Position numbers and translations under genes: made by a program. A DNA stretch of 63,584 nt, counting the filler, from Octopus bimaculoides (taxonomy: Eukaryota): NCBI RefSeq assembly GCF_001194135.2. It is 6 parts of 6 records of this genome, joined end to end, with 100 filler letters (N's around TTAATTAATTAA, not from the genome) between each part and the next. Parts side by side here need not be neighbours in the genome. Positions count along the whole stretch, not along the records: positions 47,264 to 56,823 come from NC_068981.1; positions 56,924 to 59,600 come from NC_068986.1; positions 59,701 to 63,584 come from NC_069010.1; 3 more parts are not named here. One strand, given 5' to 3'. Below the pieces are notes generated by a model. That model was not told the origin of the DNA. It ran no database searches and was given only the letters and a program-made list of their open reading frames with translations. Positions within the stretch are counted from its first letter, which is position 1. The number at the start of each line of letters is the position of its first letter. Below, in pieces: positions 52,203 to 63,584 of the stretch.

Positions 52203-53918
52203 GAATCCAGGAGGAACAATATAGGCATCAAGATGCTGCTGCATTCCTAACATTCTCTCGTTTGAAAGTTGGAGCTTACCTAAGTTCAGAGACATTAAAA
52301 ATTATATACCAGCTGTATAGTAATGTTCCTTTACGCGTTTATATGATTTAAATTTCTTTCTGCATTCTTACCATAGCAGAGTTACTAAGATTTTGTTTTC
52401 TTTAAGAATTCTGGCGCTCAAGCCCATAAAACCCGACAAGGATGATAATTATACAATGAACATTATTCTGCATTCAGTTTCGTTTAGATGATTATGAAGG
52501 TGTTCGCTTTAAATACTTGCATTTACAATATTCACGAATTAATTCCCTTTGAATAGTGGTTTACTGTATCGCTTATTGAACTTGATAATCTTCCCAAAAC
52601 ATGATAAACTCGGTTTATCGAAATCGCTGTCAATATTTCAGAGACACTTCACGACTGAGAATAATATATTGTTAAAGTAACGTGCTACCGAAATGGTTAA
52701 CATGCATATGCTAGATGTGGAATAAAAATAATGCAGCTCTAAACTGAATAAGAAGTGATGCTCTACTTATTGTCACATGGTCATTATCTAAGACAGTTAG
52801 ACGTTCATAAAAATACCAGAGATCTTTCTATTTTCTTCGTTAATCAGTTAAAATTTTGTGACAAGAAATATATAAGCTGAATGACCTCATTAAAGTATCT
52901 TCGAGTACTTTTAATCGAAGGTAGTGGGGGGCATTTGTATAATGTGGTGTGTTGCCTTAAGAAATGCACTATTAACACAGCATTTGTGTCCTATACTGTA
53001 TGCATTATGTATGTAAATTTCAATATGACTAATGGAGAGAGTATGTTTCTTTATCTTGAATATTGTTGCTTCTGATATTCCATTGACGTCTAATTTGTGT
53101 ATCTAGACTAAAGGTATACTTCTATTTGCAGATGGCACTTCCATTTCGCACAAACATTGACTATTCAAAAGCATGCAGTTGTGGTTGTTCACCACGGTTG
53201 ACCTATGTATCTTATATCCATTTATTGTTATTACTTTTAATTAGCTGCTGGAAATCTAAAATTTCTTGTTAAAATTTTGTGGCTGCTGACATAAACATTT
53301 TGAAATTTTTTTCCGAAATCAGCAACGTCATGTACTGAGTTTCTTATGATGTGGAAAACTAGTGAGCAACATCAATGATTACCTATTTATATATTTCTTG
53401 AGGTTCAATAATCCTATAGCGTTACAATCGTTAGAGTGTCGGGAAATATGTTTTGTGGTATTCATTCCAGGTCTGCCCTCTGTTCAATTTCACGGATGTG
53501 AAGTTTGCCTTCCATCCTATAAGAGTCTATAAATAAAATATAATTGAAGCACTGACTGATTCTTCTCTCCCTGTCTCTATGTTTCTGACTCTGTCTGACT
53601 ATCTGTTTGTCTCTCGTTCTGTTGTTCACTCTTTTCCCGTCTTGGAGAAATCGTCTTCGCTCAGACCTGGAGAATGATGGGTTCCTTGAGGTTTAAGATG
53701 TCCACGACACGTTACAAATCCCGACGGCATCCTTACAAATCCACCAGAGATTGTACAGTCGTTCGGTGTTAGATCTATAGTGTAATCATTATGATCAAAT
53801 CACACTTAATTATGTCACAAACTGATGTCAAAAATATTCGCATTCCAAAGTAGATTTCAACACATGGAAACAAAAGAAATAAAACATTTCATCGATAAAA
53901 ATGTAGTAAAGAACATAC

Positions 53919-53994
53919 CTAATGCACATACAAGAAGTGCATGGATTAACGTGACAGCCACACAAACTCGTACGAAATCCTGCATTGTTACCAT
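53919..53994 (-). CDS. Candidate first coding segment encoding a signal peptide (exon 54140-53919), unknown secreted or membrane protein
   Basis: Acceptor TCTTTCTTCTTTGTTTCAG|54140, an upstream in-frame stop, MVTMQDFVRVCVAVTLIHALLVCAL-G and a phase-1 donor G|GTATGT at 53918. Confidence 0.5.
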
Positions 53995-54427
53995 AATGAA
54001 TTTTGATGTCACAAACCCTGCAATAATTCGAATCTTAAGCAAACACTTTTAGAAATCCCGTCCATCGCATGGCGAAATTTCATATGAGGGCCTTTTGGTT
54101 GTCCTGTCACTTTGGGCATTCAGCCAGTTTATTTTCGACTCTGAAACAAAGAAGAAAGATAAAGATGAAATAGGATATCAGAAATTTGAAACAAATCAAC
54201 CAGAATTCTTAGATGTTTTATATTAGAGTCTCATACACACATATACTTACACACATATACATACACACATATGCTTAGACACAGATACACAGACATAAAC
54301 ACAAGCATACACCTACGAATATATATGGTTCATACCTGACTATTTAACAGCGTATGGTAGATTTTTCGCATTAAAAATTAGGTTTAATATCAATAATTTG
54401 ATTTCAGTGTGTGGTACTGTGTACGTT

Positions 54428-54476
<49 letters not shown>

Positions 54477-54810
54477 NNNNNNNNNNNNNNNNNNNNNNNN
54501 NNNNNNNNNNNNNNNNNNNNNNNNNNNNNNNNNNNNNNNNNNNNNNNNNNNNNNNNNNNNNNNNNNNNNNNNNNNNNNNNNNNNNNNNNNNNNNNNNNNN
54601 NNNNNNNNNNNNNNNNNNNNNNNNNNNNNNNNNNNNNNNNNNNNNNNNNNNNNNNNNNNNNNNNNNNNNNNNNNNNNNNNNNNNNNNNNNNNNNNNNNNN
54701 NNNNNNNNNNNNNNNNNNNNNNNNNNNNNNNNNNNNNNNNNNNNNNNNNNNNNNNNNNNNNNNNNNNNNNNNNNNNNNNNNNNNNNNNNNNNNNNNNNNN
54801 NNNNNNNNNN

Positions 54811-54861
<51 letters not shown>

Positions 54862-56218
54862 CTTTATGCGTGTGCGAATGTGTGTTAATGTTTGTATACT
54901 CAGAGAGAAGGGAAATGACACATAGGGTGAGAGATGGCTAGAGACAGACGGAATAAGATGTTGAGATTTGCAAATTAGAAAAGTTCGAACGAATACGTAG
55001 CAATTCTAGACTGGAAAACATTTGGCACATTCCATTATTTGCTGTATTACAGAGAAAATATCAAATTGTTGGACTGTCTGGGAAAATAATATTATTTGGC
55101 TGTACTTCCAAGAATGAAAACATATAAATCGACATAAAGTGATATCATAATAAAAGTTATTTTCATATATCCATATAAAGCACTGGGAATTCAGACAGTC
55201 GATAAAATAGGTTTCTTTTCTGACTCCTAGATATACGTAATTTGTTTCTCTGTGTTTGNNNNNNNNNNNNNNNNNNNNNNNNNNNNNNNNNNNNNNNNNN
55301 NNNNNNNNNNNNNNNNNNNNNNNNNNNNNNNNNNNNNNNNNNNNNNNNNNNNNNNNNNNNNNNNNNNNNNNNNNNNNNNNNNNNNNNNNNNNNNNNNNNN
55401 NNNNNNNNNNNNNNNNNNNNNNNNNNNNNNNNNNNNNNNNNNNNNNNNNNNNNNNNNNNNNNNNNNNNNNNNNNNNNNNNNNNNNNNNNNNNNNNNNNNN
55501 NNNNNNNNNNNNNNNNNNNNNNNNNNNNNNNNNNNNNNNNNNNNNNNNNNNNNNNNNNNNNNNNNNNNNNNNNNNNNNNNNNNNNNNNNNNNNNNNNNNN
55601 NNNNNNNNNNNNNNNNNNNNNNNNNNNNNNNNNNNNNNNNNNNNNNNNNNNNNNNNNNNNNNNNNNNNNNNNNNNNNNNNNNNNNNNNNNNNNNNNNNNN
55701 NNNNNNNNNNNNNNNNNNNNNNNNNNNNNNNNNNNNNNNNNNNNNNNNNNNNNNNNNNNNNNNNNNNNNNNNNNNNNNNNNNNNNNNNNNNNNNNNNNNN
55801 NNNNNNNNNNNNNNNNNNNNNNNNNNNNNNNNNNNNNNNNNNNNNNNNNNNNNNNNNNNNNNNNNNNNNNNNNNNNNNNNNNNNNNNNNNNNNNNNNNNN
55901 NNNNNNNNNNNNNNNNNNNNNNNNNNNNNNNNNNNNNNNNNNNNNNNNNNNNNNNNNNNNNNNNNNNNNNNNNNNNNNNNNNNNNNNNNNNNNNNNNNNN
56001 NNNNNNNNNNNNNNNNNNNNNNNNNNNNNNNNNNNNNNNNNNNNNNNNNNNNNNNNNNNNNNNNNNNNNNNNNNNNNNNNNNNNNNNNNNNNNNNNNNNN
56101 NNNNNNNNNNNNNNNNNATATATATATATATATATATATGTGTATGTATATATATATTTGTGTATGTGTGTTTCTGTTCTCATATATGTATACAAACACA
56201 TATGTACCTATAAATGTA

Positions 56219-56256
<38 letters not shown>

Positions 56257-56335
56257 TATATGTATGTATTCTTGATGTAAAATCGTGCATTGAAAGAAAT
56301 GTTTGAAAGTGTCTTCCTTCCAATTAAAATGGCAT

Positions 56336-56530
56336 TCATACAAAAGAGAGAAGCCTACATCAATACGCTATCAACATTCCAAAGATGAACATGGCAGTTT
56401 GATAGGCAACATCATGATTAGAGTCATTCCTACAGACCCACACATCTCATTATTCAGACAAGTTACAGAAGCAATCCACACACTGGAAATAGAATTAGAG
56501 CGTACCTACTTCTTCAAAATAAATTAAGAT
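56336..56530 (+). mobile_element. Penelope-like GIY-YIG C-terminal fragment
   Basis: KPTSIRYQHSKDEHGSLIGNIMIRVIPTDPHISLFRQVTEAIH resembles the H...H...LRQITEA tail of PLE endonucleases (from memory). Confidence 0.5.
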
Positions 56531-56777
56531 TAGAATGACAAAAATTCCCTCCATCCCACCACATCCATCACCACCACTACCCAACATCCCCAGTAACCTA
56601 AACAAATTAACAATAAATGCGAGTTAGATGACTTAAACATAACTCAAACAAAACACACCGATACATAGCCACAAGCCTGTAACGTACGCTTTTGATACAA
56701 AACAATCTACTAACAGTACAATATTACAATGTTACGTTGTAAAATAAAGGCCTAACCATCTGTGAATTTATACACAG

Positions 56778-56823
<46 letters not shown>

Positions 56824-56923
56824 NNNNNNNNNNNNNNNNNNNNNNNNNNNNNNNNNNNNNNNNNNNNTTAATTAATTAANNNNNNNNNNNNNNNNNNNNN
56901 NNNNNNNNNNNNNNNNNNNNNNN
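56824..56923. other. Artificial scaffolding linker N44-TTAATTAATTAA-N44
   Basis: Exact pattern. Confidence 0.95.
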
Positions 56924-56967
<44 letters not shown>

Positions 56968-57508
56968 TGGTTGTGTATATGTGGGGGTTTTCTTTTATAT
57001 ACATATGGGTATGTGTATATGCATGAGTATATGTATATATATGAGTGTGTGTGTTTTAGTCTATATGCGTTAGCATGTATGTATATTTTTAGGTAATATG
57101 TATCTATGTTTACGTATGTATTTATATAGGTTTAAGTATATATATGTGTTTGTGTTTATATGTTTGCGTATGTTGAGTGTATATTTGTATTTACATGTAT
57201 GTATAAATATGTATTTGTGTGTACAGATGTATATTTATATATATTATGTGTGTGAGTGTGTGAGTGTGGTTTTGTTTTATAATATTCCCTCTTTATATAT
57301 TTATTTGTGTGAATTTTTATTTGTGTGTATATATTTATATATATATGAGTATTTTTGTGTATATGTATGTATATGTATATTTATGTATGTACTTATGTAT
57401 ATGTGTATATATATGTATATATATGGGTATAAGTATATATGTGAGTGTGTTTGATTTGTCTATATAAATTAGTATGTATATATATATGTGTATGTATATA
57501 TATTTATG

Positions 57509-57582
<74 letters not shown>

Positions 57583-57653
57583 CATGTATATGTATATATG
57601 TGTTTTTGTGTGTTGATATGTTTTTCTAAGTGAGTATTAGTGTATATTTATTT
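56924..57653. repeat. (TA)n/(TG)n degenerate microsatellite tract
   Basis: Seen directly. Confidence 0.9.
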
Positions 57654-57753
57654 NNNNNNNNNNNNNNNNNNNNNNNNNNNNNNNNNNNNNNNNNNNNNNN
57701 NNNNNNNNNNNNNNNNNNNNNNNNNNNNNNNNNNNNNNNNNNNNNNNNNNNNN

Positions 57754-58823
57754 GTTTTGGGACCACTACTGTTCATAATGGCCCTCTCAGACATGCCCTC
57801 AGCGACACAGAGAGCCACGAGCACAAGTTATGCAGATGATACAAAAGTCTTACAGGTAATACAGAATCCTGAAGAGACTATCCTCCTGCAATGTGAGCTG
57901 GATCAAATATACAAGTGGGCTGAAAAGAATAACATGCAGTTTAATGCTGAAAAGTTTCAAACCTTGTGCTATCAGCATACAAAACTAAATGCAGTACCCA
58001 TTAAATACACTGGACCTGGAGGGACTGCAATCCTAGAGGCACAGTCAGTGTGAGACCTGGGCATTTACATGAGTAATAATGCATCCTTTCATGTGCATGT
58101 TGCTAAATTGTCAATGAAATGCAGGCGACTGACCGGATGGATTCTTAGGACTTTGAGAATAAGATATCAGGAAACCATGATGGTCCTCTGGAGGACACTC
58201 GTCCTAAGCTACTTTGACTATTGCTCTCAGCTATGGTCACCAACCAGTGTCAAATTTATCTCAGAACTTGAGACAATCCAACGAAGCTACACAAAGAAGA
58301 TAGTCTCTATGCAGCATATAAGCTATTGGGAAAGTCTCAAGAGATTAAGACTCTATTCCTTAGAGCATAAGCAAGAAAGATATGTCAATATACATCTGGA
58401 AGATCATCGAAGGACTTGTCCCAAACTTTGGCATCGAAAGTTACACAAATAAAAGAACTGGACGCCACTGCATAGTGCCAAGGACTCCAAATTTGCTATC
58501 ATGATGTAGGACAAGATACTGCAATAGCCTGGACTTCAGAGGTCCACAGCTCTTCAATATCCTCCCAAAGGACCTGAAAGACCTGCATGGGGTAGATGCA
58601 GGTGTCTTCAAAATAAAGCTGGACCTCTTCCTGTCAAGTGTCCCAGATGAACCAACTTCACGGCAGGAAGTGCCGATGAGGGCAGCTGCATCAAACTCTC
58701 TCATGCACCAAATGTCAATTCCTGAAGTATAATTTGTGAAGTAAAATTATGTAGTAACACCAAATGGCGGTGCCACAGCATGGCCACAGCTCATGAGCTG
58801 AAACTAGATAAAATGAAAATGAA

Positions 58824-58825
<2 letters not shown>
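57754..58825 (+). mobile_element. CR1/L2-group LINE 3' portion (RT C-terminal half and tail)
   Basis: VLGPLLFIMALSD...SYADDTK...NNMQFNAEKF, DYCSQLWSP and YCNSLDFRGPQLFNILPK, with frameshifts; tail GGCGGTGCCACAGCATGGCCACAGCTCATGAGCTGAAAC. The 5' end runs into a gap. Confidence 0.9.
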
Positions 58826-58851
<26 letters not shown>

Positions 58852-58856
<5 letters not shown>

Positions 58857-59573
58857 TGAGGGAACCTGTGGAAGAGGTAGGCACAGGAAGACCTGGGATG
58901 AGGTGGTGAGGCACGACCTTCGAACATTGGGCCTCACTGAGGTGATAACTTCTGNNNNNNNNNNGTAGGCACAGGAAGACCTGGGATGAGGTGGTGAGGC
59001 ACGACCTTCGAACATTGGGCCTCACTGAGGTGATAACTTCTGACCGAGACCTTTGGAAATACGCTGTGTGTGAGAAGACCCAGCAAGCCAAGTGAGACCT
59101 AAATCCAAGGCCTCCGCCAGGGGTGTAGCCAGCCCACTTATGCGTACCTTCCTTCATTGGACATGAAACTCAGTTTGTGAAGACCTGTTGGGGCAAGTGA
59201 AAGGAAAATCGTGAAGGCACCAGTGCCCAGTGTCGCCTTCCTGGGTCTTGTGCCGTTGGCACGTGTAAAGACATTCAAGTGAGATCGTGCCAGTGCCGCT
59301 GGACTGGCTCCTGTGCAGGTGGCACGTAAAATACACCATTTTTAGCGTGGCTGTTGCCAGTACCACCTGACTGGTCTTCGTGCCGGTGGCACATAAAAGC
59401 ACCCTCTACAATCTCGGAGTGGTTGGCGTTAGGAAGGGCATCCAGCCATAGAAACTCTGTCAAATCAGATTGGAGTCTAGTGTAGCCATCTGGTTCACCA
59501 GTCCTCAGTCAAATCGTCCAACCCATGCTAGCATGGAAAGCGGACGTTAAACGATGATGATGATGATGATGAT
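58852..59573 (+). mobile_element. RTE-clade LINE 3' end
   Basis: VEGTCGRGRHRKTWDEVVRHDLRTLGLTEVITSDRDLWKYAV is a typical RTE C-terminus; the 3' UTR ends in (GAT)n. Confidence 0.85.
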
Positions 59574-59600
59574 ATGTATGCATGCATGCATGTATGTATA

Positions 59601-59700
59601 NNNNNNNNNNNNNNNNNNNNNNNNNNNNNNNNNNNNNNNNNNNNTTAATTAATTAANNNNNNNNNNNNNNNNNNNNNNNNNNNNNNNNNNNNNNNNNNNN
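59601..59700. other. Artificial scaffolding linker N44-TTAATTAATTAA-N44
   Basis: Exact pattern. Confidence 0.95.
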
Positions 59701-60077
59701 TGTCGCTTCCGACGTCGAGGGTTTCCAGTTGATCCGATCAACGGAACAGCCTGCTGCTCGTGAAATTAACGTGCAAGTGGCTGAGCACTCCACAGACACG
59801 TGTACCCTTAACGTCGTTCTCAGGGAGATTCAGCGTGACACAGTGTGACAAGGCTGACCCTTTGAATTACAGGCTCAACAGAAAACAGGAAGTAAGAGTG
59901 AGAGAAAGTTGTGGTGGAAGAGTACAGCAGGGATTGCCACCGTCCCCTGCCGGAGCCTTGTGGGGCTTTAGGTGTTTTCGCTCGATAAACACTCACAATG
60001 CCCGGTCTGGGAATCGAGACCACGATCCTACGACCCAGAGTCTGCTGCCCTAACCACTGGGCCATTGCGCCTTCACA
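59701..60077 (-). mobile_element. SINE family D
   Basis: Matches 28262-28642; lies immediately upstream of the SUV39H-like acceptor. Confidence 0.85.
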
Positions 60078-60152
60078 CCTAACAAATCTATAAAAAAAAA
60101 CTGTTTGTTTGTTTGTTTGTGTTTATTTAATTTGTTGCATTCTCCTTTGCAG

Positions 60153-60679
60153 TCGATGCCAACCAATCAGCATTCAACACTTCTACTTCCTCTGCAATGG
60201 CCGACCCCTCGTCCCCGGGGGCCAACAAGGGCGACGACCACACGAACGAACCCGTCAAGAAGTTGCCCAGCCGCATGGGGCTGCTCTCTCACACAACAGA
60301 TTGCCATGGAAACGACACCGCCACCACCACCACCGCAAACAACAACAACAACAACAACGACGAGGAAAGTTCCACTATCCCTGCGGCAGTGGCGGCGGCT
60401 GCGGCCCCCACAGGCCTAGCCGAGCCCCCAGCGGCCAACTCTGACAACTCACAAGTCACGCAGCCTCACGACAACATGAATGGAACGGGTGACGATGACA
60501 ACAGCAGTTCAACAGAAGCCGTCGCCAACACTGTAGACAATGCTTCTCTCCCCGAGGGCCAAGGCAGTGAGGCCCCTACTACGCTACCTCGCAACGACGC
60601 CAAGATAACAGAGGACGGGAAACAATATCGCATTGTGTGCCAGTGCGGTGCAGCAAACTGCAGGAAATACCTGTTTTAA
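60153..60679 (+). CDS. SUV39H: Terminal coding exon of a SUV39H/Su(var)3-9-like H3K9 methyltransferase (post-SET)
   Basis: Acceptor TTCTCCTTTGCAG|60153 (phase 1), an open GC-rich frame DANQSAFNTS...MADP..., ending YRIVCQCGAANCRKYLF*. The CxCx4C post-SET plus RKYLF end matches human SUV39H1 (IECKCGTESCRKYLF). No upstream SET exons were recognised in the window. Confidence 0.85.
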
Positions 60680-60924
60680 CAGTGCCAGGCGGTGCATAGT
60701 GCACTGACATAACCACATACCTATATTTATATATATGTATACATACATTCATACACACATACACACATACATACATACATGCATACATATACGATCAGAC
60801 AGATTCCGAAGATACTGGGGGATGGTCTGCATTGGAAAGACTCGCATATAGTAAAATGGATAAACAGAGTGCAGTGAACTTGTAGTGAGGCATGGAAAAT
60901 CCAACATTTCGTGGAGTGTTCTTC

Positions 60925-61044
60925 TCCTGCTTCCCAACCGCATGGTTCCAGGTTCAGTCCTACTGTGTGACACCTTGGGCAAGTTGTCTTCTATTATAGC
61001 CTTGGGAGTAGATTTGGTAGACAGAAACTGAAAGAAGCCTGTCG

Positions 61045-61078
<34 letters not shown>

Positions 61079-61235
61079 AGACTGTGTTTGTCCCCCATCA
61101 TCGCTTGACAACTGGTGATGGTGTGTATACTTTCCTGTAACTTAGTGGTTTGGCAAAAGAGACCAATAGAATAAGTATCTGGCTTGAAAAAAAAAAAATT
61201 ACTGGGGTTTGATATTCATTTTGGCTAAAAATTCT
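60925..61235 (+). mobile_element. SINE family A (degenerate) in the putative 3' UTR
   Basis: CATGGTTCCAGGTTCAGTCC...GAAACTGAAAGAAGCCTGTCG...TCGCTTGACAACTGG. Confidence 0.8.
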
Positions 61236-61714
61236 NNNNNNNNNNNNNNNNNNNNNNNNNNNNNNNNNNNNNNNNNNNNNNNNNNNNNNNNNNNNNNNNN
61301 NNNNNNNNNNNNNNNNNNNNNNNNNNNNNNNNNNNNNNNNNNNNNNNNNNNNNNNNNNNNNNNNNNNNNNNNNNNNNNNNNNNNNNNNNNNNNNNNNNNN
61401 NNNNNNNNNNNNNNNNNNNNNNNNNNNNNNNNNNNNNNNNNNNNNNNNNNNNNNNNNNNNNNNNNNNNNNNNNNNNNNNNNNNNNNNNNNNNNNNNNNNN
61501 NNNNNNNNNNNNNNNNNNNNNNNNNNNNNNNNNNNNNNNNNNNNNNNNNNNNNNNNNNNNNNNNNNNNNNNNNNNNNNNNNNNNNNNNNNNNNNNNNNNN
61601 NNNNNNNNNNNNNNNNNNNNNNNNNNNNNNNNNNNNNNNNNNNNNNNNNNNNNNNNNNNNNNNNNNNNNNNNNNNNNNNNNNNNNNNNNNNNNNACAATG
61701 GGTGAGCTGCCAGA

Positions 61715-61776
61715 AATTCTTTACAGCTGTTTCGCTTAACCACAAAGCATTAATCACGGGTTCTTCATAAAAGATT
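61715..61776 (-). other. Degenerate hammerhead relic of the same family as 32163-32291
   Basis: Minus strand GAATCTTTT-ATGAAGA-[28 nt]-GAAACAGCTGTA-AAGAATT has the same flanks, but C3 is lost and stem II is poorly paired. Confidence 0.45.
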
Positions 61777-61894
61777 CCAAAATTTGCAATAAAACATCAC
61801 TTCGTTAAATAGGTCTCCATTAATATTAATTAAAATGGTTAGCTGGCAGCATCATTACCATACTGAACAAATTGCGTTTCTTCCAACTTTATGT

Positions 61895-62030
61895 CCGAAG
61901 TTAAAATGCTGCCATGGTCAACTTTGCCTTTCATCCTCGCAGGGTCAATAATATAAGCACCAGCTGAACACAGGGATCGATGTTACTGATATAGAACCTC
62001 CCCTGAAATTGCTGACCTTGTGCTAAAATT
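61895..62030 (+). mobile_element. SINE family B fragment
   Basis: GGTCAACTTTGCCTTTCATCCTCGCAGGGTCAATAATATAAGCACCAG. Confidence 0.65.
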
Positions 62031-62391
62031 TGAAATTAATGTTAATTAAAATAGGGTAAAAAGAAAAATCCTAGAAAATTAATGATGGTCTTCATTAAGA
62101 AACGATATCAATATTAAGTTTGAATTATTGGGGAAAATTAGACACTGCAAGAATAGAATGTGGCATTTTGTTGGATTGGTCCGTAGAGGGTGGAAGATAT
62201 GGGTAAAAACCATTGTAGGATTGATTGGGCAGGGTGATGTGATTGTTGAGTAAAAGGTGTTGCTTAAGGCAATGAGGTGATGAAGGAGAAGAATGAAAAC
62301 GTAGATAGGATATGTATTGATACATCTTTTATGCAACCCCAGAAGGAAATAATGGTTAAAAGTTACGGACGAGGGTAAGAGGTGATTGAAG

Positions 62392-62625
62392 GCAGCGAGC
62401 TGGCAGAAACGTTAGCACGCCGGGCGAAATGCTTAGCGGTATTCTGTCTGCCGCTACGTTCTGAGTTCAAATTCTGCCGAGGTCGACTTTGCCTTTCATC
62501 CTTTCGGGGGCCGGTTAAATAAGTACCAGTTACACACTGGGGTTGATATAATCGACTTAATCCGTTTGTCTGTCCTTGTTTGTCCCCTCTGTGTGTAGCC
62601 CCCTTCTGGGCAGTAAAGAAATAAG
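62392..62625 (+). mobile_element. tRNA-derived SINE family B, full length
   Basis: GGCAGCGAGCTGGCAGAAACGTTAG (A box), GAGTTCAAATTC (B box), then GCCTTTCATCCTTTCGGGG...AAATAAGTACCAG. Confidence 0.85.
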
Positions 62626-62639
62626 AGGTGATAGAAACA

Positions 62640-63025
62640 AAAGGTGCAGTACATCAAACAGCCATGATGTAGGGAGGATGGGTGCAGCAAGGTGGATAGA
62701 TAAAATAACCACAAAGAGATATAATAAAAAAGGACAGGAAATGTATAGATACATCTCTTTTACAACCTCCGAAAGAAATTACAAATTAATGTTTAGGTGA
62801 GGGCACAAGGTGGTTGGACGGTAGATAGGTACAATACATCAAACAGCCATGATGTAAAATTGTTGGCATGCAATGGTTAAATTATTGCATGCCAACAGGA
62901 GGCAGGAAAGGTAGATGGACGGGTAAAATACATCAAACTACCACAAAGTGATACAGTCAGGATAAAATATTGTGTGAGAAGGATGATGGGGAGGTGGGTA
63001 AGTACAATACATTAGATGCTTACAT
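62640..63025. repeat. Dispersed short direct repeats (TACATCAAACAGCCATGATGTA-like)
   Basis: Exact 22-mer at ~62650 and ~62835, with related copies at ~62929 and ~63008. Confidence 0.6.
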
Positions 63026-63227
63026 ATGTGTACTGTTAGAATGACGGGGTTAAGAGAATTGTAGAGAATGGAACAGGAATAGATTTTGGGGTGGCAGAAA
63101 AGTGCAAGGCGTGTTGGGATCATACATACAATTACTTATCCATCCATACATATATATACACACACACAACCATGCATACAATCTTCTATGTACGCACACA
63201 CACACACACACATTTATATATATATAT

Positions 63228-63565
63228 TGCATGGCTCAGTGGTTAGGGCGTCGGACTCACAGTCATGAGGTAGTGAGTTCGATTCCCAGACCGGGCTGTG
63301 TGTTGTGTTCTTGAACAAGACACTTTGTTTTCACGTTGCTCCAGTTCACTCAGCTGTAGAAATGAGTTGCGACGTCACAGGTGCCAAGCTGTATCGGCCC
63401 CTTTGCCTTTCCCTTGGACAACATTGGTGGCGTGGCGAGGGGAGGTTGGTATGCATGGGCGACTGTTTGGTCTTCCATAAAACAACCCAGACTTGTGCCT
63501 CGGAGGGGAACTTTCTAGGTGCAATCCCATGGTCATTCGTGACTGAAGGGGGTGTCTTTATCCTT
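63228..63565 (+). mobile_element. tRNA-derived SINE family E
   Basis: TGGCTCAGTGG (A box), GAGTTCGATTCC (B box), then TGTTCTTGAACAAGACACTT...TGCTCCAGTTCACTCAGCTG body and a (TA)n tail. Confidence 0.85.
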
Positions 63566-63584
63566 TATATATATATATATATAT

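Noticed and set aside
25070-56343. Long ORFs of 240-445 aa in the ORF track
   Set aside because: They consist of X residues from N gaps.
58875-59042. Exact 79-bp direct repeat flanking a 10-N gap
   Set aside because: Typical unmerged contig overlap (assembly artefact) within the RTE end.
62640-63025. Repeated 22-mer with variable spacers (CRISPR-like appearance)
   Set aside because: Only two exact copies with irregular spacing, in a eukaryotic context with no cas genes.

Overview
This is AT-rich, microsatellite-saturated animal genomic DNA. The SINE/LINE repertoire and the (CA)n/(TA)n load suggest a coleoid cephalopod, probably Octopus (inference). Five artificial 100-bp linkers (N44-TTAATTAATTAA-N44) split the window into six assembled pieces, so adjacency across linkers is unproven. 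Only one host coding segment is clearly recognisable: the terminal post-SET exon of a SUV39H/Su(var)3-9-like H3K9 methyltransferase (60153-60679, +), carrying a long low-complexity insert. A probable signal-peptide exon lies at 53919-54140 (-). The rest is mostly decayed mobile DNA: several tRNA-derived SINE families, three CR1/L2-group LINEs whose 3' stem-loop tail is shared with the SINEs, an RTE 3' end, a Gypsy integrase with PPT/LTR start, an RLE-type non-LTR remnant, Tigger/pogo and DD37D mariner remnants, Helitron-type elements and Penelope-like (GIY-YIG) fragments. The most interesting signal is a set of hammerhead-ribozyme motifs. One has an intact catalytic core, a palindromic stem III and an unusually long (84-nt) structured loop II at 32163-32291 (-). 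Almost all long ORFs in the supplied track are microsatellite or N-gap artefacts.
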